Shown piece by piece: positions 37,107-49,524 of a stretch of 64,000 nt of DNA. The notes beneath the pieces were generated by a model. That model searched no databases and was not told where the DNA came from. It saw only the letters and a program-made list of their open reading frames with translations. The position numbers and the translations under genes are program-made. The stretch comes from Octopus sinensis (taxonomy: Eukaryota), in the NCBI RefSeq assembly GCF_006345805.1, contig NC_043007.1, positions 41,540,001-41,604,000 of the forward strand, written 5' to 3'. Each line of letters begins with the position of its first letter. Positions within the stretch are counted from its first letter, which is position 1.

Positions 37107-37639
37107 TATATATCTATGTGTGCATGTCTTTTGTGTCTGTTTGTTGCCCCCTCTCCCATCAGTGCTTGACAACTGGTGTTGGTGTGTTTATGTTCCTGTA
37201 CCTTGGTGGTTCAGCAAAAGAGACTGATAGAATAAGTACTAGGCTTAAGAAATAAGTGCTAGGGTCGGTTTGTTCAACTAAAACCCTTTAAGTGGGTGCT
37301 CCAGCATAGCCACAGTCAAATGACTGAAACAAGTAAAAGAATAAAAGAATTAGCTTAAAGTGAAATTAAATAAAACAAATTTGTATATTTGCAACGAATA
37401 TATTTTTATCTTTTATCTTTTACTTGTTTCAGTCACTGAACTGTGGCCATGCTGGGGCATGCTTTAAAGGATTTTAGCCAAACAAATCAATCCAAGTTTT
37501 TTTTTTCTTAAAGCCTGGTACTTATTCTATCGGTTTTACTGAACCACTAAGTTATGAAGATGAAAACAAACCAGTACCAGTTGTCAAGTGGTGGTAGAGA
37601 TGACACACAGACACATGCACATACATATAATACACACAC

Positions 37640-37674
<35 letters not shown>

Positions 37675-38340
37675 GGCTTCTACACAGTCTCCATCTACTG
37701 AATTCACTCACAAGGTATTGGTTGGTTGGCTCATGGCTATAGACACTGACCCAACCACATGACTATGAAGTGAGCTTCTTAACTACACAGCTATGCCAGC
37801 ACCTATATGGTAATATTTTCTTAAATCTTATTCAAATACTGCCGAGGTCGACTTTGCCTTTCAACCTTTCTGAGTTGATAAAATAAGTACCAATTGAACA
37901 CTGTGGTTGAAGTAATCAAGTGACTCACTTCTCCAAAAATTTTGGCCTCATGACAAAATTGCAAACAATTATTTTCTTAAATCTTAACAACATAAATTGC
38001 ACTCTCCTAATCACAACCTATTGCACTGGAAACCTATCTCTGCAAAATTTTATTAACATTGTGTATTCTTCAGGAAGTTGTTGCCATCATCATCATCATC
38101 AACATTCAACATCCATTTTCCATGCTGGCATGGGTTGGATGGCCTGACAGGAATTGGTAAAGCTAGGGACTGCACCAGGTTCCATAGTCAGTTTTGGCCT
38201 AGTTTCTATGGCTGGATGCCATTCCTAGCACCAACCACTTTATAGAGTGTACTGGATACTTTTTACTTTTTACATAGCACTTTATGTGGCACAACAAAAC
38301 CTTGTGGATTTGGGTGAGGGTTAGAAGCCCATCATGTGTG

Positions 38341-38375
<35 letters not shown>

Positions 38376-38849
38376 AGAGAGAGAGCAATAAGAAAATGGA
38401 GGGGATCAGAGGATTATATATATATATATACATAAATAAAAAAAAATAAATGTTCTTTCTCGAGCCATGCCAGTCTCATAAGGGCCGGTTTCCGGTTTCA
38501 GTGGCGTAGAAATTCTCCACCCGGACGGGACGCCAGTCCATCGCAGGATTACTCATTTTTGCCAGCTAAGTGGACTGGAGCAACATGAAATGAAGTTTTT
38601 GCTCAAGAACACAACACATCACCCAGTCCAGGAATCGAAACCACAACCTTATGATCATGAGTTCAACACTCTAACCACTAAGCCATGCACCTCCACACAC
38701 ACACACACACATATTATTGTACCTGGGAAAATTAAGGAGGGAGACAGACACTGGAAGAAATCTTCCATATTCCTCATTAATTACATATCCAACAAACACC
38801 AAACGATCAGGTGCATACCATACGATTTATTAAATACTATATATATATA

Positions 38850-39188
38850 TGGGTAAAGACCCTTTGGGTCATGAATGACCATGGGATTGCACCTAGAAAG
38901 TTCCCAGCCAAAGCACAAATCCAGGCAAGATTATTCATGGAAGACCAACAGTCGGCCCATGCATACCAACCTTTCCTCTCTATGCCACTGCTGTTATCCA
39001 AGGGAAAGGCAAAGGCCGATACAGCTTGGCACCAGTAACATCACAACTCATTTCTACAGATGAGTGAACTGGAGCAATGTGAAATAATGTGTCTTGCCCA
39101 AGAACACAACACACAGCCCAGTCCAGGAACTGAACTTACTACCTCATAATTGTGAGCCCGACACTAACCACTGAGCCATGCACCTTCA
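38850..39188 (-). mobile_element. SINE family E (tRNA-like head on minus strand)
   Basis: gtcatgaatgaccatgggattgcacctagaaag...ccactgagccatgcaccttc; second copy at 55905-56160; related fragments at about 32010-32210 and 38455-38700. Confidence 0.8.
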
Positions 39189-40374
39189 TTCACATATTTA
39201 TATATGTATATAAATGTGTGTATGTGTGTGTTTATGTATCTAATGTGTGCTGGGTCTTTACGTTTATATTGGCCCCCACAACTGGTGTTGGTTTGTTTAC
39301 AACTCCATAATTCAATAGTTCTATAAAAAGAGCCCAAAAGAATAAATACCAGACTTTAAAAAAAGCGTAAGCACTGGGGTTGCGATCCAATGACTGAAAC
39401 GTGTAAAAGATGATAAAAAGATATAAGCAGACAGACAGGCAGGCAGCGATCAGTCTTATTAAGTCATTGGTATCTGTAAGTAATTGTTATCCTATGTTTT
39501 GAAGATTGGATGGATTTTGTTCTTTTTTATCAGAATGAAGTGCTAGAACTATCGTCATCATCATCGCAATGATAGGCACTACCATTGGCAGCATCAATAA
39601 CGTCAATAGTAGTAGTGGTGGTGATGGTAAATGTCACCATTTTTAACTCTGACATATTGACACCTTCCACTACCACCATCACTCAACACTTTAGCCCAGC
39701 CAAGCCAAAAAACTTTTTATCTCAACACACACACTCACCCTTCCCTCATTATATTTATAGCTACGACTTAATGGAGACAAGGTGCAGAATAGCGTCGGCA
39801 GTAATGGTGGTGTTGGTGGCGAAGTCATCGGGCCTAGTCGTGGTCATAGTCATGGTGGCGATTGTAGTCGTCATCGTTATGGTGGTGGTGGTCGTCGTTT
39901 TCGGAGGCGTCATCGTAAAAATGATGGTGATAGTAGCAGTAGTGGTGGTGGCATCGATGAGATAGATGGTGATAGTAGCAGTAGACGTAATGTATGTACA
40001 CAATATACTGTTGTTGTTTAACCCCGGATCACTCATGATCAAACAGCCTATAATTATAATTATGAAGACATTCTAGCCATGACCATCTTGTTTTTTTTTT
40101 TTTATAGGGGTAGTTCTTAGATAATATCAAATGTTCCTTCATTTTTTAAGATGGTGAGGAGTGATATGAGGGAAATTTAGCTGTTATTTCTTGTAGCTTG
40201 CACGACCACGTAAAGGCTTCACTGGCCTGTAGCCGTATATGTGTAACGTGCGTGAGAGTTGAGGGGGGAAAGGACAGACGGAATGACAGGCAGATAGGGA
40301 ATGGACTGACAGATGGATAGATAAATGTATACAAAAATACCACTTGTCACATTTAATGACATGTTCCAATACAG

Positions 40375-40427
40375 TCAGAGAGAGAGAGAAAGGGAGAGAG
40401 AAGAGAGAGGGTGGGTAGGTAGGAAGG

Positions 40428-40464
<37 letters not shown>

Positions 40465-40513
40465 GGATGGATGGATGGACGGACGGACGGACGGACGGAC
40501 GGACGGACGGACG

Positions 40514-40544
<31 letters not shown>

Positions 40545-40760
40545 AGATAGATAGATAAGGACAGAGAAACAGATAGGCAAGTAGGTAGGCAGGTACATTA
40601 GTAGATAGACAAATCGGTAGGTAAATACATGGGTAGATAGACTCACCGACAGACAAGTAGATAGATACATAAGTAGATAGACAGACAGATAAGTAGGGAG
40701 ATAGACAAACCAACCAACAAAGTAGGTAGATACATATAGGTAGATGCACAGACTACAACT
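40375..40760. repeat. Compound tetranucleotide microsatellite (AGAT/GGAT/GGAC/AGAC)
   Basis: Direct reading. Confidence 0.95.
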
Positions 40761-40939
40761 TGTCACACAGTGTGCATGAGTATTTGTAATAGTATAAATA
40801 TGTATAAATCTTACAATTCCAGAGTTTGTAACTTGAAGCTGTCTTCATGCAAAACAGTAATTCTGAAAGTGGAATCATTGTATTTTTACATTTCTTTGTT
40901 TAATGGTACTTGAAAATTTTCAATAACTAAGAATGACCC

Positions 40940-41372
40940 CAGACTCTGCAGGATTCCTTTCCCAGCTTGAGCCAAAGGGGCTGACAGTATGACAATTTTC
41001 CTGTTCCATGGCAGTAGGCCCTTCATCTGGGATGCCACATGCTGTGACACCCTCTCCTGCAGCAACTTGGTATCAGACTCCGCAGAATTCCTTTCCCAGC
41101 TTGAGCCAAAGGGGCTGATAGTACAACAGTTTTCCTGTTCCATGGCAGTAGGCCCTTCATCTGGGATGCCACATGCTGTGACACCCTCTCCTGCAGCAAC
41201 TTGGTATCAGACTCCGCAGAATTCCTTTCCCAGCTTGAGCCAAAGGGGCTGATAGTACAACAGTTTTCCTGTTCCATGGCAGTAGGCCCTTCATCTGGGA
41301 TGCCACATGCTGTGACACCCTCTCCTGCAGCAACTTGGTATCAGACTCCGCAGAATTCCTTTCCCAGCTTGA
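40940..41372. repeat. 134-bp tandem repeat, 3 full copies plus a partial copy, GC-richer than flanks
   Basis: cagactc at 40940, 41074, 41208 and 41342; copies 2 and 3 appear identical, copy 1 slightly diverged. Confidence 0.95.
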
Positions 41373-42134
41373 GTGAGTTTTTCAGTGCATCTCCCTCGTC
41401 ATCCCTCAGAGCAACGGCTTTTCCATTTTGCCTGCTGGGACCACGAAGTGGTCTGAATTACAGGAAATCAAGAGAATGTCAGAATTTACAATAAACTTAT
41501 ACAACCCCTCTTCATTACAGAAACACTGCATTATGCATTTTTTTCTGGGGACAAAAATATACATAAAAACTTTTTATGACTAATTCCTTTCAAGATTTAA
41601 AATTACCCACACTCTTCTTCCTTAATCCCCAATTCACTGTATGTGTTGTCTCTTATACTTACCTTCTTATACTTTGAGAGTTCACTCTGGCACCTCACCA
41701 CCACCAGCTTTATTTTCTACCCACCTTTACCCCACCCACCCTTATATAATGCAGGGGGGGGGGTAGCTATGTATCTCCCCTCTGGCAAGACACCTCTATT
41801 TGCCTTGACCCTTTTATACATATATAAGGAGGTCAGTGATAGAGAGATAGATCTAGGGAGACAAAGAAAATGATAAAATGTTAGAGGCAAAGAGAGAAGA
41901 GACAAAAACAAACAGAGACAGACAGACAGATGTACAAACACACAGATAGAAAGAGGAAGACTTTAGCCTCTCAACACCAGGCATAAAACCACCTCCCTCT
42001 CTCTCTCTCAAATACATCACTACTTAGTTAAGGAGGTTTTTCCTTGTATTTACTTTGCCTTAGAAGTTACTTAGTAACCTCATGACAGCTGGTATTATGA
42101 AAAGCGCACCCAGTACACTCCATAAAATGGTTGA

Positions 42135-42995
42135 TATTAGGAAGTTGACCTCAGCAAAATTTGAACTCAGAATGTAAAAAGCCAGAAGGAAAGCAGCTAA
42201 GCACTTTATCCAACAAGCTAACAAATCTGCAAGCTCATTCACCGCCTCTGGTTTCAAATTTAGGCAAAGAGCCAGCAATTTTGAGGGTAGGGAGTTACTT
42301 GATACCATCAACTCCAGTACTTGACTGGTACTTTATTTCATCAGCCACAGAGGAATGAAAGGCAAAGTTGACCTTGAGAGGATTCGAACACAGAATTTAA
42401 AGAGCTATAACTAAATATTAAATATTGCATGGCATTTTGTCCAATGCTTTAACAATTCTGCCAATACAAATCATAGTAATAATGGTTTCAAATTTTTGCA
42501 CAAGGCCAGCAATTTCGGGTGAGTTGGTAAGAACCCAGTGATCAACTGCTACTTTATTTTATTGACCCCAAAAGGATGAAAGGGAAGTTCACCTCAGCAG
42601 AATTTGAATGCAGAACGCAAAGATGAACAAAATGCTTAGCTTAATAATAACAATGGTTTCAAATTTTAGCACAAGGCCAGCAATTTCGGGGGAGAGGGTA
42701 AGTTGATTACATCGACTCCAGAGCCCAGCTAGTACTTATTCTGTTGACACTGGAAGGACGAAAAGCCAAGTGAACCTTGGCATAATAATAATAATGATTT
42801 CAAATTCTGGCACAGGGCCAACAATTTAAAAGGAAGGGTTAAATCAATTACATCAACTGGTACTTATTTTATCAACCCCAAAAGGATGAACGGCAAAGCT
42901 GTCCTTGGCAGAACTTGAACTCAGAATGTAATGATGGACAAAATGCCACTAAGCCTTTTACCTGGCATGATTCTGCCAGCTCACTGCCTTAATAA
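42135..42995 (-). mobile_element. Head-to-tail array of about 5 partial SINE-B copies
   Basis: Units begin on the plus strand with (aat)n-ggtttcaaatttt-gcacaaggccagcaattt at about 42255, 42480, 42650 and 42790. Confidence 0.8.
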
Positions 42996-43044
42996 TAATA
43001 ATAATAATGATGATGATGATGACGACGAGGAGGACAATGACGAC

Positions 43045-43608
43045 GACCTGTTGCAGTACCAGACAGTGGCTCTCATGGCTTCTGATCTTAACTGATTGGA
43101 AGTGTTATCATGTACATGTTTTGTCTTGGTATAAAAGATTGGGTACAGCAAATATTCTGCACAATACCACAGATTTGCTTGTCAGTTGTTTGACCTTAAC
43201 CAGTTGACCATGTCCCTTAGTGGCTGACGATATGTGCATCTCTGATCACAAGCAGAAGTAGTGGGGGAGCGTCATAGCCATGTGTTGAGAGGAATTCTTT
43301 GGGGTTTGAATAATTCACCTTTGGAAACATGGGTGGTTCGTTCAACATCCTTAAACAATCCTTATTCAGGGACCTTTTGAGTGGGATGGGCTACTCGACC
43401 AGAAGAAAATTCTAACTAGGCCCCACCTGCAAGGTCATGCACTGTTTATCTTGATATGAGATCACCATGTTGTGCACATATGGTTGTGATGCATTTTGCC
43501 TGGTGTACCCTTATCTGACGGGTAGTCATGATGGGTATACTGGGCTTCATATATTTTATCCCAGTGTCACTTTGATGGTATGCATTGCTCTCTCACTCAA
43601 TAATAATG

Positions 43609-43640
<32 letters not shown>
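43045..43640 (+). mobile_element. Retroposon 3' fragment ending in (AAT)n
   Basis: About 550 bp of non-coding, higher-GC sequence ending ctcactc-aataataatgataataataat; I recognise it as an abundant octopus repeat, but the family is not assigned. Confidence 0.55.
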
Positions 43641-43644
<4 letters not shown>

Positions 43645-44943
43645 TGATTAAAGTTTTAAAAAGGAAATTAATTAAATTAATTACATGTCATACTGATTAA
43701 AATATATGACTTGATGAGATCGTTTTCCTAATGATACCGCTCCCCACAATCAAAGTTAGAAAACACTGCTTTAATCTGTGTAATCAGATCTTAGCAAAGT
43801 TGCATGGTAAACTCTCATATGAAGTGGTTTTAAAGATTGTTGTAGAACATTCTGTATGCCTCACACCAAATAATTACCCCATTATAAATAACTCATGTAA
43901 CAATAGTAACAAGATGGATGGCTGTATTGAACTACCTATTCACTGATCAAGAGTTCAAATGCCTTACAAGAGTTTTGTGCTGTTTCTAGAGCAAAACATT
44001 TTATTATGCTGTCTCATTTCACCTTACTGGCAGCAATTGGTATTAAATTACTTGTTAAGTGATACCAAGTTATGAAGTTAGTATTCTATACAACAGGAAA
44101 AATATTTATTTTTGATGTTTAATCTTCATTACCTTCATCTCTCTCTCTCTCTTTCTCATATCCCCTTCTTCACATACCTTCCACCCTTAAATTTGTTAGA
44201 TACCACTAGATCCCCCTATACAGCTCTTTTTGCTGTCCCTCCACTTCTCTCTCTCTCTCACACACACACACACACTAACTCCTGATACTACTACCCTTTT
44301 CTTCCCTCTTGCTCTCCCACACTCCTTATCTTAACTCTTTTACTCTCCTCCACCACCATTCTCACAATAAATTTGTTCTTCCCCATTATATTTTACCTTC
44401 TCATTAACCTCACCTAGTATCATCTCTCTCTCTTTCTCCTTCCTTTCCTCTCTTTCCCTCTCTCCCTCATGGCAGTTCTTTTGTCTTGCCAGTTACAGGG
44501 TGACTTCACTAGTGTTGGTACAATGGAAAAAGCATCCACTACACTCCGTAAAGTGATCAGTGTTAGGAAGGACATCTAGCCATAGAAACCATGCTGAAAC
44601 TGAGACATTAGAGCATTTTGCAATTTAAAAACAAGAAATTAGTAGGTATTAGGGTAATTAGTAGATGTAATATTAACATGCTTTAATTTTTTTGATAGCA
44701 CTCGGGTTAAGATCAGTCCTAAGTTTTATGATACTAACTTACTCCTTTAAAGTAATCTAAATTAAAAACCTTCATCAAAATTTCATGTTTTAAACACCAA
44801 CTTAATAATGACAATGTTATCATACTAAATCCCTCATTATTTTCAAAATTAATTGATACAAAGACAGTGTATCTGAAGAGAAATATGGTACCAAAAGAGT
44901 TAAAGTGATCTAAATTTTAAAGCTCCCATCAAAATTACATATT

Positions 44944-45145
44944 CTTTTTTACTCTTTTACTTGTTTCAGTCATTTGACTGTGGTCATGCTGGAGCACCAC
45001 CTTTTAGTTGAGCAAATCGACCCCAGGACTTATTCTTTGTAAGCCTAGTACTTATTCTTTTACCAAACCGCTAAGTTACAGGGACGTAAACACACCAGCA
45101 TCGGTTGTCAAGCGATGGTGGGGGAACAAACACAGACACAAACAT

Positions 45146-45216
<71 letters not shown>

Positions 45217-45370
45217 TATATACGACGGGCTTCTTTCAGTTTCTGTCTACCAAATAGATCGAGGCTATAGTAGAAGACACTTGCCCAAGGTGCTACGCAG
45301 TGGGACTGAACCTGGAACCATGTGGTTCATAAGTAAGCTACTTACCACACAGCCACTCCTACTCCTACAT
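44944..45370 (-). mobile_element. SINE family A copy with expanded (CA)n(TA)n linker
   Basis: Aligns to family A; small internal deletion after aaatagatc. Confidence 0.88.
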
Positions 45371-46316
45371 GTAAATTTATATTTCAAACATAAGTTTAAT
45401 GACAAAGTTATACTAAACAGAAGAATTTGGTATAAAAGGAATTAGCTGTAGTGTGCAAAGAGAGAGAAATTACTGTCTTATTACAAAAATGTAATGCACG
45501 TGGAAGATAACATACATGTAAAGAAGTACCAGGAGATCCAAGTAGGAAGGATTTAAAGTATAAAAAAAAAACGATGCTGAATCTCATAAAGCAAACAACA
45601 ATGACAAGGAGGAGGAGGGGGAGGAGGAAAGGGTAACGGTAATGATGATGATGTTACCTATACAAACATAAGGAAAAATGAACATAAAGACAGTGGCAGC
45701 AGCAATGATGACAATGATAGTGAATTATTAGTTAGTAAGATTTTGAGTTTTTTCTTTGTCCCCAGGGAGTTGGTGAAGGAGGACATAATTCTGTAAGCTT
45801 CAACCAAAAAATAAACACATCTGTTAATAGACTAGAATATTAAGGAAGGGGGTTCTTTTAGATCAGACAATAACCCTACACTTTAGGTTTAGGTTTGATG
45901 ACTTCTAATGATGTGATGTTTATGTCTTTCCCCAAGTACATTAACAATGTATGTGAGATGAAAACGTTTCCAGCTGAGAGTTGAAATGCAATTAGTGGAT
46001 TCAATATGGCAGAAGCTCACCCCCAGCTCTTAATTATATTACATCACAACTAAAAACGTAGTCCAGTATGAGACAATAGTAATTCTGGAGGTATATTTGT
46101 TCTTGCACATTATTCTTCATGAGGTGCAGACATTACAGTGTAGCTGAGAAGCTTGCTTCCCAAGTACATGGTTTCATGATCAGTCCAACTACACAGCAAC
46201 TTGGGAAAGAATCTTCTACTATAGCCCTGGGGACGACCAAAGCCTTGTGAGAAATTTTGGTAAACTGAAACTGAAAGAAGCTCATTGTGTGTGTGTGTAT
46301 GTCTAATATATATATA

Positions 46317-46712
46317 CTAGCAGTATCGCCCGGCGTTGCTCAGCGTTGTAAGGGAAATAACTATATAAGCATTTTTAGAGAGTTATAGCCAAAAAATAGC
46401 AAAAAAATGCATTAAAAATTGAAAAAAAATTAAGGTAATTTTTTTTTTAAATCGTTGACACATCGTAGATATTTTTAGAGAGTTACTTCCCTTATATAAA
46501 AGCGAAAAAAATACATTAAAATGGAAAAATATGATGGTAAATTTTTTTTAAATCGTAGACTCATCGTAGACGCGCGCTAATACCCAGAAGGGCACGATAT
46601 GAATCACGACTATAAGATACCCGCTTTTGGTTAAACTGCACCGCAAAATGTGGGAGTAGTTACGAATCTAAATCGTAGGAGACAGACACACAACTTCACT
46701 CTTATATAAAGA
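46317..46712 (-). mobile_element. Non-autonomous Helitron-like element inserted at the microsatellite linker of a SINE
   Basis: Minus strand begins A|TCTTTATATAAG and ends gcaacgccgggcgatactgCTAG|T; CpG-rich, so probably young. Confidence 0.75.
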
Positions 46713-47439
46713 TGCTTTTTTTTTTCAGTCATAGAGTTAGATTTATGAAGGTCTTCAGTAGAAAATCCTTCGAATTCTAACTCGCTGCTTGATATAATGA
46801 AATTCGTATCCATTTTTTGTCAGAATTACAAATTTTGAAAACACAATAGGAACAAATTTCGGAAAAAAATCTCCCATAATTCATGGAATTAAAATTACAC
46901 TTCGATTTTTGTACAAAACTGTATTTGAAGTGTTTACGAAGTATAATACGTGTTTTCACGAATGTACTAAAGAGATTTACTCTGATATTCTCATTTAAAT
47001 ATGAATAGGTAAATTCGGGCGGTTTGATAACGAAAGGGTTTATATAAGTGTCGTCTGTTTATACATAAACACTGTTTCATACTTTCAGTTTAGTCTTACT
47101 CAAATCACTCTATTTACTCTCTATTTACTCTCTTCCAAGAACATTTTCACTCACTCTTATCTGTTAGCTTGCCATACATTTTACTCATGTATCTATCAGC
47201 GTGATAGACAGAAACAAATATTACATCTAGTTTCACTTTATTCGTTGCACACTGTGTGTGTGCGTTTGCGTGTGCTGTAAACCAGACTAAGAAAAGCATT
47301 TGACATACACACCAGAATGTGAGTTTTCTGTAAATTTTGCTTAATTGGAGTTTAAATTTTAAAAACTGGACCTGGCATGACCCGATGCATTCTACTCTTA
47401 AAAATGCTAGGTAAATTGTAATTGAAGAAATCCTATATT

Positions 47440-47710
47440 GTAGATTTCTATAAGTTACAAAGGGAGGCAGATAAAATCTGCCTTTTATAATAAGAGATAT
47501 ATAATAATAAATATTAGGGAATAAATCCAAATTTACAGGGAAAAATCAGATTTAGGACTGAATCCAATTTTATAGTAAAATATTATATAATATTAATTAG
47601 AGACAAAACCACTATCATGCAAATCAAACAAAGAAAGACTTAATCCAATACATAAAAATTTTTCAATTGTTTCGTGTCTCTTCTAAGGCCATTCATCAGG
47701 TGGTATTCAG
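47440..47710 (-). mobile_element. Penelope-like remnant related to 6530-6660, with decayed hammerhead (CCAC-CTGATGA...GAAAC-AATT-G at 47702-47664)
   Basis: Shares the tail tatgtattg(g)attaagtcttt...atagtggttttgtctc with 6605-6660; perfect CTGATGA core but damaged stem II and missing stem I 3' strand. Confidence 0.5.
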
Positions 47711-47746
47711 ATCTTCTATTCAATTTTAAGTTATGAAGTATATATA

Positions 47747-47809
<63 letters not shown>

Positions 47810-47934
47810 CATACATACATTCATCTCCCCTTCTTCCTAGCCCTCCTGTGTGACCCCTCTGTCTGGTATTCGCCATGATAAATCGCTAGACATTATACTT
47901 TTTTCTATTTTCTCTCCCTGTTTATTTCTGTGTT

Positions 47935-47972
47935 TCTTTCTGTCGAAGAGCATAGGCTCAAAACATAAAAGA
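47935..47972 (+). ncRNA. Decayed hammerhead-like motif, same family as 63159-63193 (Penelope-like remnant about 47820-48060)
   Basis: TCTTT-CTGTCGA-A-GAGC-ATAG-GCTC-AAAAC-ATA-AAAGA; stems intact, core mutated. A further decayed copy lies at about 32805-32930. Confidence 0.45.
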
Positions 47973-48076
47973 CTTTCTCACTTCCTGAGCGTTAAACTAA
48001 TATATCTGTTTGTTGTTTACACACCCGTCTTCATCTTTTGTTTTTGTTTCTTAATTCTCACCATACGTACATACAT

Positions 48077-48115
<39 letters not shown>

Positions 48116-48659
48116 CACTTGTCTTAATACTACATGATAGTTGTAAACAAATGCCACCATCAGACAAGAGATGTTCTTCATTTTCAGTCTTCTGTGAAAA
48201 CATTTTGTGCCATGGCAAAATATTACCTTGCTTTGGAAACGGGTGAGGGCTGGTGTAAATTAGGTGGATGTTATGTTGATGATGAAGATGATATCTTACA
48301 CAAAGTGTATTTTGTGGCATAGAAGACACAGTTTTGTACCTTAAAAATTAATAGGTCTTCAATCATGATATCTGAAAAGTTGCTGCTGTCATTTCCTTTG
48401 GATTAACTGAAATCCGCTCCTTACAAAGAATGTTATTTCATTACTTAGCAATTAATAACATTTTTTATATTATAAAACATTTGATTTAACTAATATTGTT
48501 GATATAAATATGATTACAATTACTCAGTAAATATTAAAAAATAGCCTTTTTAAAATTCTTCTGGAGTTGCACTGCTTTTGTTGTAGTGCTATTTGTTTAC
48601 TAATGGCAATGGTGCAGCTGGATCATCTATTGAGAAATAGTGAACGGTTAGTTTCTTGT

Positions 48660-48790
48660 CTCAATGAACATGGAATTTTCCATTTTGTTCACAGAAGAGT
48701 GTCCAGAACTTTGCTCATTTGCCACTAGGCCTTCACTGGTGTAGGAAGCCATTTTTAGTACCGATTAACAATAGTATAATCACCACAGTA
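48660..48790 (+). mobile_element. Possible hAT C-terminal dimerisation-domain remnant
   Basis: MEFSILFTEECPELCSFATR...EAIFST loosely matches the FW....YP.L...A...CE..FS pattern; short and interrupted. Confidence 0.25.
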
Positions 48791-48802
48791 TGTTGCATAT
48801 AT

Positions 48803-49069
48803 TGAAAAGCAGCGAGCTGGCAGAATTGTTACCACACCAGATGAAATGCTCAGAGACATTTCTTCCAGGCTGGCAGAAACGTTAGCACACCAGGCGAAAT
48901 GCTTAGCGGTATTTCGTCTGCTGTTACATTCTGAGTTCAAATTCCGCTGAGGTCGACTTTGCCTTTCATCCTTTCAGGGTCGATAAATTAAGTACCAGTC
49001 GTGTACTGGGGTCAATTTAATCGACTAGCCCCCTCCCTAAAAATTCAGGCCTTGTGCCTAGAGTAGAAA
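48803..49069 (+). mobile_element. SINE family B with 16-bp TSD
   Basis: AGTATGTTGCATATAT at 48787-48802 and 49070-49085. Confidence 0.9.
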
Positions 49070-49190
49070 AGTATGTTGCATATATAATCACAGGGCAGTT
49101 AAAACAAAGAGCACAGTGCTGTATAATACAATAATACTCAGCAGCAAACCACCAGGTAGGTGACCATTGTGTGATGATTTCACTCAACAA

Positions 49191-49462
49191 AATAGGTGGC
49201 GAGCTGGCAGAACCGTTAGCATGCCAGGCGAAATGCGTAGCCGTATTTCGTCTGCCGTTACGTTCTGAGTTCAAATTCCACCAAGGACAACTTTGCCTTT
49301 CATCCTTTCAGAGTCAATAAATTAAGTACCAGTTATGCACTGGGGTCGATTTAATAAATTAAGTACCAGTTGCATACTGGGGTCGATATAATTGACTTAA
49401 TCCGTTTGTCTGTCCTTGTTTGTCCTCTCTGTGTTTAGCCCCTTGTGGGTAGTAAAGAAATA
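49191..49462 (+). mobile_element. SINE family B (ggcgagctggcagaa...gactttgcctttcatcctttcggggtcgataaa core) with 15-bp TSD
   Basis: GATTTCACTCAACAA at 49176-49190 and 49463-49477. The core resembles the conserved central domains of MetaSINE/MESC-type SINEs (from memory, unverified). Confidence 0.9.
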
Positions 49463-49524
49463 GATTTCACTCAACAATGCGCATGGCACTGGTTTGTCTG
49501 CTAATTATGTCTGACTGCATGTAA

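Noticed and set aside
40940-41372. CRISPR-like appearance of the 134-bp and 62-bp repeats
   Set aside because: The units are contiguous with no unique spacers, there are no cas genes, and the context is eukaryotic.
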